64,000 bases of DNA from Ignavibacteriales bacterium (lineage in GTDB: Bacteria > Bacteroidota > Ignavibacteria > UBA10030). Each line of letters starts with the position of its first letter. The stretch's first letter is position 1. Shown piece by piece: positions 29,013 through 36,984 of this stretch. The stretch covers positions 1,483 to 65,482 of the forward strand of contig JAPLFP010000360.1 of assembly GCA_026390585.1 (NCBI GenBank). Reading direction: 5' to 3'. Below the pieces are notes generated by a model that searched no databases, was not told the origin of the DNA, and saw nothing but the letters and a program-made list of their open reading frames with translations. A program made the position numbers and the translations under genes.

Positions 29013-31217
29013 ATGGCCTCCTCCACGTTTAAGAAGAAGGCCCTGACATGGCTTGTCAGGGTTGGAATCGGGCTGGGGATTGGAATTCTTGTTGCGCTCA
29101 TCCGACTGTGGGATCCGGGCTTTATCCAAAGCGTCGATCACCTCTCAACCGATTACCGATATCAACAGCGGCATGATCGTTTGAAGGCAAGCGGCGAGCT
29201 CTGGGATGCGAAGAAGCTTGCTAATGTCGTGATCATTGGCATAGGAGAGGACGACATGAAGTCCCTCCCCGAATCGTTCCCCTTTCCCCGCTCCTACTAC
29301 GCACACATTATTGAAAACCTTGAACGTTCCGGAGTAAGGGCGATCGGACTCGATGTCACTTTTGAGTCGAAGCGCGATAGCGCATCAGATGCCGCGTTTG
29401 ACGCCGTGCTGAAGAAATACAACAATATCGTTCTCGCGGCGAAATACGAAGAGTCGACGGGGGGCGGAAAATATCGCTTGAGTACGCTCGAGCGGTCCTA
29501 CAGCAACATTTTCTATCAACCGGGCAGGCGTGTTGGCATCGTCAGCATTGCCGGCAAGGATCGCGATGATGTCGCGCGACGGTACCTCCCCATGATCTAT
29601 GTTGGCAATTTCCTTACCCCAACGTTTGGTTTCGCTCTTCTGAATTCCATTTTTGGCCTTAGCGATACCGCTGTCGTAGAGCTGCGCGATAGGAACTTTG
29701 TTCTCGCAGATCGGTTAATCCCACGTTACGATGGGCGCTCGTTCTTGCTTAACTACTATGGCCCTAGCAATACGTTCCGCTACATTAAATTCACTGAGGT
29801 CATAGACGATTCTACATTCAAAACAAAAGAAGAACTCGAGTACGACACAAACATCGACCAGTTTGACAGCGATCCAGAACTCCAGGTTTCATTAAAGGAC
29901 AAGATTGTTCTGATCGGCTCAACAATGCCGGAAGAGCGAGACTTTCACTCGACCCCATTGCTCAACATCGACGGGATGACGTCTATGAATGGAGTGGAAA
30001 TTCACGCCACCGCCATTCAGAACATCCTCGATCAGTCCTACATCCAGAGGGCAGAGCCCACGCTGGAATTTGCCCTGATTATTATCCTCGCACTCGTAGT
30101 GACACTCATTCTCATGCCTCTCCGGACTATCAAGATCCGATACGTGGTAGTACTTGAGCTTGCCTCGGTGTTCGTCGTTGCGCTTTTCATTTTCGGCGTC
30201 TTCGAAATTGCGGTCCGCTCGTTCACAAACAACAGCACCTTGATCAACATTGTCTATCCCTCGCTTGCGGTAGTACTTGCCTACGTTGGCGCGGCTGTAT
30301 ACCAGTACCTTGCCGAACGACAACAGAAGGCCCTTATCAAAAACGTCTTCAGCAAGTACATCAGTTCGGCGGTCGTCAACGAGTTGGTGGCAAACCCTGA
30401 AAAGGCAAAGCTCGGCGGCGACCGACGCGAACTCACCGTATTCTTTTCCGATATCGCAGGGTTCACAACGATCTCCGAGCAATTCCATACGAGGCCCGAA
30501 GGGCTAGTTGAATTGCTGAATGAGTATCTCGATGAAATGACCGGCATCGTTCTTAAACACGAGGGGACGCTCGATAAATACGAAGGTGACGCAATCATGG
30601 CGTTTTGGGGAGCACCGATCACCCAGAAGGATCACGCTCTCCGCACCTGTCTTGCCTCACTCGAAATGCAGAAGAGACTCGCAGTGATGCGCCCGAAATG
30701 GAAGAAAGAGGGTCGCCCTGGCCTTGAAGTTCGCATCGGCATCAATACCGGCGTTATGATTGTGGGCAACATGGGTGGAAAAGATCGGTTCGACTACACC
30801 GTTATTGGCGACAGCGTAAACCTCGCCTCCCGGCTTGAAGGGGCCAACAAGCAGTACGGATCAAACATCATGATCAGCGACTTCACGTATCAGCATGTAA
30901 AGGGACAGGTCCTGGTGCGCGAGCTTGACCTCATCCAGGTGAAGGGCAAAACCGAGCCGGTGAAGGTGTGGGAGCTTCTCGGGGCTTCAGACACGCCGAT
31001 GTCAGACAACCAGAAGCAGTCCCTCGAAATTTATCACGAGGGCCTTCGCCTGTACCGCGAGCGAAGCTGGCAAGAAGCCATCGCCTATTTCCAACAGGCC
31101 AAACAGCTCGACCCCACTTGCCATGTAGCAGACATTTATGAGCAGCGGGCAAACCTCTACCAAATCAATCCCCCACCGGCAGGATGGAACGGCGTTTTTG
31201 TGATGACGACAAAGTAG
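29013..31217 (+). CDS. CHASE2-domain class III adenylate cyclase with C-terminal TPR
   Basis: FPFPRSYYA..AIGLDV, DKIVLIG, GVEIHA (CHASE2), 3 TM, FSDIAGFT, DKYEGDA, DYTVIGDSVNLASRLE (Lys/Thr specificity pair), VKGK. Confidence 0.93.
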   Translation: MASSTFKKKALTWLVRVGIGLGIGILVALIRLWDPGFIQSVDHLSTDYRYQQRHDRLKASGELWDAKKLANVVIIGIGEDDMKSLPESFPFPRSYYAHIIENLERSGVRAIGLDVTFESKRDSASDAAFDAVLKKYNNIVLAAKYEESTGGGKYRLSTLERSYSNIFYQPGRRVGIVSIAGKDRDDVARRYLPMIYVGNFLTPTFGFALLNSIFGLSDTAVVELRDRNFVLADRLIPRYDGRSFLLNYYGPSNTFRYIKFTEVIDDSTFKTKEELEYDTNIDQFDSDPELQVSLKDKIVLIGSTMPEERDFHSTPLLNIDGMTSMNGVEIHATAIQNILDQSYIQRAEPTLEFALIIILALVVTLILMPLRTIKIRYVVVLELASVFVVALFIFGVFEIAVRSFTNNSTLINIVYPSLAVVLAYVGAAVYQYLAERQQKALIKNVFSKYISSAVVNELVANPEKAKLGGDRRELTVFFSDIAGFTTISEQFHTRPEGLVELLNEYLDEMTGIVLKHEGTLDKYEGDAIMAFWGAPITQKDHALRTCLASLEMQKRLAVMRPKWKKEGRPGLEVRIGINTGVMIVGNMGGKDRFDYTVIGDSVNLASRLEGANKQYGSNIMISDFTYQHVKGQVLVRELDLIQVKGKTEPVKVWELLGASDTPMSDNQKQSLEIYHEGLRLYRERSWQEAIAYFQQAKQLDPTCHVADIYEQRANLYQINPPPAGWNGVFVMTTK

Positions 31218-31282
31218 AGGGGACACAGAACAACTTTCAGAGTGGAGCCGGGAATCGGATGGTTTCCGGCTTCATTGTTTCT

Positions 31283-31517
31283 ATGGACATCTCGAATGAA
31301 CCCTCACGCCGTCGGTTTGAAGAGGTCGACGAACTGCTCGCCTTCGTTTCAATCTACGATGATCATCGCCGTATGCGAGCGTTGGAGGGGGGGTGCGGCT
31401 TGGGCGCTCTCTCCATCGAGATGGCAAAGCTCGGGGCCCGAAAGGTCTACGCCATTGAACAAAAAGTCCCTTCTGGCCGAGCTGGTTGTACGTGTGAACT
31501 TTGAGAAAAGGAAATGA
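31283..31517 (+). pseudogene. remnant of SAM-dependent methyltransferase (PRMT/PrmA-like N-terminus)
   Basis: YDD.RR..A then LEGGCGLGALSIEMAKLGARKVYAIEQ (motif I), frameshift at A-run ~31461, early stop. Confidence 0.6.
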
Positions 31518-31595
31518 AGTCTCGTTTCGATTTCGGCGCACAGCGCGGGGTGCAGAATGCTCGTTCCGCTGGGCTGGTTAGGTAATATTGCGCCT

Positions 31596-32651
31596 CTATT
31601 GCGCCGACACTCTACCGTACTGATCACTTTGAAGCATAAACCGAATTGAAATGCGGTGGGTGTTCCCGAGTAATTCGTCTGCCGCGAACCGCGCAAATGA
31701 GTAGTCGACATCCAGCATACGAAGGTGGAGACCGGCCCCCACACTCATCTGCTTGACATCGTTATACCCTACCCGCAGAGCAACAGTGCTCTTGTAATCG
31801 AACTCCAATCCCGCGTGCGGATCAAAGCTCACCGGCCCTACACTTGCAATCGACGCAAAATGTCTGTTTTCGAAACGCACATCGACGTCGGCAGCGGGCG
31901 TGAGGCGCCCGCCCAGAATGTCGATCGAATAGGCGGCACCGAGCTTCAATGTTGGAGACACAAGTTCATTTCGGCCAGTGCTCCATGCAACGAGCGTAGT
32001 AGTAACGTCCTGAGCGTTGAGCCCCAAAGAGAGGTTCGCCATGGGCGAATAGACGGCACCAACATCAAACCCTATGCCCGTGGCCGATTGATCGGCGAGG
32101 GTTCGCCGAATCAGCTTGATGTTCGCACCATAGACTAACCCCGATGACGACCGCTTCGCATAGGTAAAGTACAGGGCCCAATCCGTTGAGTTGAAGTACG
32201 TGATTTTGTCATAATCCAATTGGTCCGCGTTGTCGAACACCCCGTTGCCGTTGTTGTCTACCCAGGCATTGCGCGTGTCGGGGATTCCATCAACCCCAAG
32301 CCGCAGCACGCTCAATCCCAAGCTGGCATCCGGACCGTAGGGAATCGCCACACCCGCAAAATCGTAGTTGATGAGGCTGCCGAATCGCTCTTCGTGCATG
32401 ACGATTGCTTCGGGGTAATCGATACGCGCAAGAGCTCCGGGATTCCAATATCCGGCTGTCGCGTCATTCACAAGGGCAACGTGCGCTCCACCCATCCCGA
32501 GAGCTCGCCCCCCAACGCCAATGGCCATAAATTCCCCGGCATATTTCGCAACAGTTTGTGCTGTCACCGATGAGGCCAGGAACACCAAAAATACTACCGC
32601 TTGTCGACGCGCCCACATGTCTGCCACACTTATTGTGAGTAGGAAGGACAT
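31596..32651 (-). CDS. PorV/PorQ (UPF0164)-like outer-membrane barrel
   Basis: EFMAIGVGGRALGMGGA..A..NDATAGYWNPG, GIGFDVG, LRVGY, DYSF, THRISI; true start may be 32618. Confidence 0.8.
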   Translation of the reverse strand: MSFLLTISVADMWARRQAVVFLVFLASSVTAQTVAKYAGEFMAIGVGGRALGMGGAHVALVNDATAGYWNPGALARIDYPEAIVMHEERFGSLINYDFAGVAIPYGPDASLGLSVLRLGVDGIPDTRNAWVDNNGNGVFDNADQLDYDKITYFNSTDWALYFTYAKRSSSGLVYGANIKLIRRTLADQSATGIGFDVGAVYSPMANLSLGLNAQDVTTTLVAWSTGRNELVSPTLKLGAAYSIDILGGRLTPAADVDVRFENRHFASIASVGPVSFDPHAGLEFDYKSTVALRVGYNDVKQMSVGAGLHLRMLDVDYSFARFAADELLGNTHRISIRFMLQSDQYGRVSAQ

Positions 32652-32698
32652 AAACGAAAAACCGAATCCACCCTAACGCAATGAATTCGGCCTGCATG

Positions 32699-32755
32699 CA
32701 TTGTTAGAGTGACTCACCGTGCTAATGTTTCATAGTGGTACAGGCTCTAACAATG
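32699..32755. repeat. 11-bp perfect inverted repeat
   Basis: CATTGTTAGAG (32699-32709) and CTCTAACAATG (32745-32755). Confidence 0.7.
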
Positions 32756-32949
32756 ATCTATAGTCTCTTGTCCTTTCTGATACCAAGATACGGGAAATTT
32801 GAAGTGATTGTCAAGCATGCGCTCGTTGCACACTTTTCAGCAGAAACTGTATTGATTTTCCGATCAAAATCTCCTATGCTCTGTCTGTTTGTGGGGTTGA
32901 CTCTGCGGGGACGGCAAACTCTTTCCCGAAATACTCTATCGCGGTACGC

Positions 32950-33264
32950 GTGGGCACCTCTTACGATCCTCACTTTTTTGTTCTTTACTCAGCACAACAT
33001 AGTCGTTGTGGACAGTTTATCGAAAGAGCCGATTTCCGTGTCGTCACGAAAGACGATCTCTTTGCCTGGTCACGCGATACTGCGTCAACTGGCGCGGTGC
33101 AACCCCTGCCGTTGCACTGCGATCGTTGCTCTGAAGATGTACCGGCGACACACCTTCGTATCATCAAAGACGTCTATCCTGTCGCGCGCACGATTGTTCC
33201 CGAGGTCGAAATCAAGCACTTTAATGCAAATGATTGGATCCTGAAAGTAAGAAAGGATTTATAG
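32950..33264 (+). CDS. small hypothetical protein, possible Zn ribbon
   Basis: HSRC and CDRC pairs; stop is followed directly by the SD of the dodecin remnant; GTG start uncertain. Confidence 0.45.
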   Translation: MGTSYDPHFFVLYSAQHSRCGQFIERADFRVVTKDDLFAWSRDTASTGAVQPLPLHCDRCSEDVPATHLRIIKDVYPVARTIVPEVEIKHFNANDWILKVRKDL

Positions 33265-33276
33265 GGAGGCGCGCTT

Positions 33277-33487
33277 ATGCCGAACAACGTTTACAAACAC
33301 ATCGAACTGACGGGAACTTCCAGCATCTCTATTGAGGATGCTGTCCAAAGCGCAATTGCACGCGCATCGAAAAACGTCCGCAACATGTGATAGGTGGAGA
33401 TTGTAGAAACCCGCGGGCACATTGGAGGGTGGAAAAGTTGTTCAGGGGCAGGTAACGATTAAGGCGGGTTTTACGCCGGAAGAATAG
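33277..33487 (+). pseudogene. dodecin (flavin-binding) pseudogene
   Basis: MPNNVYKHIELTGTSSISIEDAVQSAIARASKNVRNM-TGA-TAG-VEIVETRGHI, frameshift, EGGKVVQGQVTIKAGFTPEE; GGGAGG SD. Confidence 0.85.
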
Positions 33488-33518
33488 CAGCCTTCAGAAC
33501 GAATGCTTCCTGCGCTTG

Positions 33519-33548
33519 AAAAGCTCGGTTTGATTGCCGGGCTTTTTT
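33519..33548 (+). terminator. intrinsic terminator between convergent genes
   Basis: AAAAGCTCGGT-TTGATT-GCCGGGCTTTTTT. Confidence 0.6.
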
Positions 33549-33549
33549 G

Positions 33550-34332
33550 TCAAAGATTATATTGGTCGGGTCGACGTCCTGTAAGCAGGTCGTTATATTG
33601 ATTGATCTTTTTCTTGTCAGCATCTTTCAGGTCAATTTCCACCACTGCAACACCCTCTTCTTCCCTTCCCAAGCGTACAAGCACTTCTCCCCTCGATGAA
33701 ACGATTTCACTTGTTCCGATAAATTGGACGTCGACCTCCCCGCGGTTTTCGCGGCCTACTCTGTCGGCGGTGGCGGCAAACACTTTGTTTTCCAGGCATC
33801 GCGTTACCATTCCATCGGGGCAGTACGGCAGGACGAGATTCGATGGATGAGCAATCAACTGTGCCCCCTTGAGCGCAAGTGACCGCGCGGCCTCCGGATA
33901 CATCCAATCAAAGCAGATCATGAGGCCAACTCTTCCAAAGGGCAGCTCGAACACCGGAAAACCAAGGTTCCCCGGTTTGAAAAAGAGATTTTCCCGGTCG
34001 AACAGGTGGACCTTCCGATAGACTCCGAGAAGCCCCGATGGCCCAACGAGTGCTGCAGAATTGTATATCCGGTCGGCTCGTTCAGCGAACCCATAAGCAA
34101 CGTAGCAGGAGTTTCGTTGAGCAAACCCCGTCATCGCGCGGAAGGTGGCTCCGTCAGACTTTTCGGCTAAACGATCAACTTCGTCCGGCGTCGCAAAGTT
34201 ATACCCCGTGTTGAAGAGCTCGGGCAGAACATACAGATCTGCCGGTACTTCACGCATCTGCTCTGTCGCAGTGTGAATGTTGACTTCGTTCTTGCCGAAT
34301 GATGGTTTCGTTTGGATAATTGCCAGTCGCAT
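33550..34332 (-). CDS. carbon-nitrogen hydrolase (nitrilase superfamily)
   Basis: LPELF (Glu), YRKVHLF (Lys), ICFDW (Cys). Confidence 0.92.
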   Translation of the reverse strand: MRLAIIQTKPSFGKNEVNIHTATEQMREVPADLYVLPELFNTGYNFATPDEVDRLAEKSDGATFRAMTGFAQRNSCYVAYGFAERADRIYNSAALVGPSGLLGVYRKVHLFDRENLFFKPGNLGFPVFELPFGRVGLMICFDWMYPEAARSLALKGAQLIAHPSNLVLPYCPDGMVTRCLENKVFAATADRVGRENRGEVDVQFIGTSEIVSSRGEVLVRLGREEEGVAVVEIDLKDADKKKINQYNDLLTGRRPDQYNL

Positions 34333-34374
34333 TGCTGTTTCTCTTTCTTCCGATGCCCACCTTACCGTTGAGCT

Positions 34375-35169
34375 TCACCGGCTTCCTGGTTTGCCATATC
34401 GCCGTTCGATCGTTCCTTGGATCGCTTCTCCAATTTTCTTCTGAACGGCGGGATTCATGAGAAGATTGTAGCTTTCTTTGTTGTCGCCAATCTCGAGGAG
34501 CACGCGCACTGGACAGTGGTTCACGGTTTCGTCGAGGCTATAGAAGCTGAGTTTTCCGGTATTCTTGCACCGATAATCGTTCCGGTTCGGCGAGCTGTCC
34601 CCCAGCACTCCCCCGTTCTCCAGTCCGCTTGCCCTACAGACCTCTTCCACAAGTTCCCTGGCCAAGTCTCTGTTGACGCCCTCTTGTTCGTCGCCTTCAT
34701 GCACATATCCCCAGCATGCATTTCGTTTTGTTGCCCCGTTGTTGTGTATCGCAACAAATATTTTGGGCTTCAGATTATTTGACTCTCTGATTTCGTAGGT
34801 ATAACCGGAGATTCGCCCAACCGAGTCTGTCGCCGAGGAATGGTCAATCTTGGTGTTGCTTCCCTCCCGGGCATGATGGAGGCCCTCAACGTTGTAGCTC
34901 CACACCTTATGAACCCTTGCAACGCTCGTCGACGCAGCCATCGCCGCTTCAACGATTGCATTACATACCAGCGCTTCGTTGAAGTTAACGCCGGTGTCAT
35001 TTTGATGCGAGGGTTGGTAGACAATAACCAGCTCTTCTTGCGCGTTTCCACTGCCGAGTTGTCTACTCGCGCCGCAAGCCGAAAAGAGCAGGGGCGCAAG
35101 AAGAAGCAAAAACCACGCGGCAATCGCCGAGAGACCCTTCGTGCCGAACCTGCATGTCCTGCATTTCAT
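34375..35169 (-). CDS. lipoprotein, divergent N-acetylmuramoyl-L-alanine amidase (Amidase_3-like)
   Basis: Lipobox FSACG; QPSH, NEA, FVAIHNN, VLLEIG match the H-E-H-E Zn/catalytic pattern. Confidence 0.65.
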   Translation of the reverse strand: MKCRTCRFGTKGLSAIAAWFLLLLAPLLFSACGASRQLGSGNAQEELVIVYQPSHQNDTGVNFNEALVCNAIVEAAMAASTSVARVHKVWSYNVEGLHHAREGSNTKIDHSSATDSVGRISGYTYEIRESNNLKPKIFVAIHNNGATKRNACWGYVHEGDEQEGVNRDLARELVEEVCRASGLENGGVLGDSSPNRNDYRCKNTGKLSFYSLDETVNHCPVRVLLEIGDNKESYNLLMNPAVQKKIGEAIQGTIERRYGKPGSR

Positions 35170-35197
35170 TCATTGTTCCTTTTGTGGGTTGCGCTGT

Positions 35198-35866
35198 TCA
35201 AAGTCTAATGCGAATGGTGGTGCCGCCACCGGCGGCATATACCGTTCCCAACGCCAACAGGACTAGCGTGCACCATAGCATCGTTGCGATCGCCGCTGCC
35301 CTCGCCTTGCTCATTCCTGTAACAACATGAATCCCGAGTGACAACACAACAATATACCAAACGAGAAAGACACTTGTACTGTGAAGAATTACTGACAAAT
35401 AGAGATTCGGATCGTCGACGCAAAGAAGCAAAATATCAAGGCCTACCGGGAAGCGTCCGCGCAGCGGAGTGGGGTGATCGCCGAGGATGGGCGTCCGAAG
35501 AAGCAGAAAGTTTACCCCCTCGCCGAGAAGAAAAATTGCACCACAGTGAATATTCAACGAGTACAGTGTTTTGAAACTGGTCGAGCGGGCATCTTGGTCA
35601 CCCACAATCAAGTTCAACAGATAGATAATTGCGGTCGTTCCCCATGAAACAATTCCAACTATCAAAGGTGAAGTCAAAGCGGGACCCAAGAGACTTGTCC
35701 ATTTGAGGCCCTGCGAGAGGTCGCTCCAACAGCCGCCGAGCCAAACGAGGAGGAAGAACCCGACAATGATTAGCAAAACGGCCGTACGCCAGACTGGCTT
35801 CACGCGAATATCTCCGAAAGCCTCGCTTGGCACGGCGAAAACATTTATGAATGCATTCATCGACAC
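35198..35866 (-). CDS. Yip1-like membrane protein
   Basis: FINVFAVPSEAFGDIRVKPVW start, ~5 TM, FLVWY..LSLGI..VTGMSKARAA; GGAGGAG SD. Confidence 0.7.
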   Translation of the reverse strand: MSMNAFINVFAVPSEAFGDIRVKPVWRTAVLLIIVGFFLLVWLGGCWSDLSQGLKWTSLLGPALTSPLIVGIVSWGTTAIIYLLNLIVGDQDARSTSFKTLYSLNIHCGAIFLLGEGVNFLLLRTPILGDHPTPLRGRFPVGLDILLLCVDDPNLYLSVILHSTSVFLVWYIVVLSLGIHVVTGMSKARAAAIATMLWCTLVLLALGTVYAAGGGTTIRIRL

Positions 35867-35909
35867 TCCTCCGCGTCAAACTTATGCCAAACGCTAGGAT
35901 CCCGGGTTT

Positions 35910-36428
35910 TCACTTCTGCGCTAGACTTAGTGGCGTGAGAATCAAGCTGAGAGCAACAATAGAACTCCCGCGCATCGCGGTCATTACACCAACTGTTTCC
36001 TTGCCTGTTTTCCAGAGCGCCATTTCAAATTTTAGCGTGAAGATGATCGCGTTTTTCTCTTTTGTGGTGATAACGGGCGGCTTTCCAGTGATCAGGGCGA
36101 AGTGATTGAGAAGCGTATCTCGCATAGCGCTAGTTGCTTGTTCGAATCCTATGTTAATCATCCGCGGCTGTTTCGACTTAGGATCAACTTGGATCATAGT
36201 CTTTGCCGAAGCACCAAAGAAGCTCGAATTGTACACCATCGTGCTGTCTGTGCTGCTCGTCTCTCTCCACTTGTTGTTGCAGAGACTCTGAATTTCACTT
36301 GTCCTCATCTCCCATCGAATTTCGTTGAGCACTGGAAAGTTTGGGTCTCCCCCAAGCATCTGTGCTACGACTATTATTGGAAACAACGTTGTCGATACTA
36401 AACCACACAGACCCAACAGTCTAATCAT
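35910..36428 (-). CDS. secreted hypothetical protein
   Basis: AAGGAG SD, signal peptide ending VVA-Q, IRWEM...EI and TGKP motifs. Confidence 0.65.
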   Translation of the reverse strand: MIRLLGLCGLVSTTLFPIIVVAQMLGGDPNFPVLNEIRWEMRTSEIQSLCNNKWRETSSTDSTMVYNSSFFGASAKTMIQVDPKSKQPRMINIGFEQATSAMRDTLLNHFALITGKPPVITTKEKNAIIFTLKFEMALWKTGKETVGVMTAMRGSSIVALSLILTPLSLAQK

Positions 36429-36457
36429 GATGTGTTTTTTCTCCTTTCGTTACAGGT

Positions 36458-36486
36458 GGGGCCATGGCGAACTTCACCACGGCCCC
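36458..36486 (-). terminator. strong hairpin after precursor gene (no U-tract)
   Basis: Minus strand GGGGCCGTGGTGAA-G-TTCGCCATGGCCCC pairs fully with G-U wobbles only on this strand. Confidence 0.6.
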
Positions 36487-36508
36487 TGTTTTGTTCCGTC
36501 GCCGACAG

Positions 36509-36820
36509 CTAAAACGGCAACAACCTCTGAATTGCGCTCCAATTCACCTCGGCGCACAATCTAAAGAGCCAGAGGTTAACACAACAGCTTTGGTAAATAT
36601 CACCACTTGCATCCAGCACTGTGGTGCACTGGAAGAGGCCGCTGCCATGAGCGGCCTTCATTTCGAGGTCGTCAAGGACTCTCGCAACTGCTTGATATTG
36701 ATTGGTGGCTCCGATTGTTGTTATCTGGCCGTGTGCTTGTTTATCGCTTAAGGTCGGCAGCGTTTGGGGCCGCAGAGAAATGCCAACCACAATCAATGTC
36801 GCAACGATGAATGTTTTCAT
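36509..36820 (-). CDS. putative peptide precursor: signal-like N-terminus, double-glycine-type site, 4-Cys core
   Basis: AAGGAG SD then MKTFIVATLIVVGISL...VLDDLEMKAAHGS|GLFQCTTVLDASGDIYQSCCVNLWLFRLCAEVNWSAIQRLLPF. Confidence 0.7.
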   Translation of the reverse strand: MKTFIVATLIVVGISLRPQTLPTLSDKQAHGQITTIGATNQYQAVARVLDDLEMKAAHGSGLFQCTTVLDASGDIYQSCCVNLWLFRLCAEVNWSAIQRLLPF

Positions 36821-36984
36821 GGCTATCTCCTTCAAGACTATTCTTGCACTTAGTTATCTATTTGCCCGCTGCGGCCCGCCTGCCAACAATGAGTGTGGCT
36901 CCGCACCCGGGGGCCGGCCAGGCGCTTTACCCTCGCTCACAATCAACAGACCAGCGAGCAATTTTGTACTTTCTATCGAAGATT

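Noticed and set aside
32671-32755. Integron attC or CIRCE interpretation of the inverted repeat
   Set aside because: The perfect arms are in GTT...AAC order (opposite to attC), no integrase or cassette array is present, and spacing and left arm do not fit CIRCE.
32852-32867. FNR-like TTGAT...ATCAA
   Set aside because: Spacer is 6 nt rather than 4.
33388-33393. TGA-TAG in dodecin as Sec/Pyl recoding or an alternative genetic code
   Set aside because: Positions correspond to Arg-Trp, a frameshift follows, and other genes in the window use TGA and TAG as normal stops.
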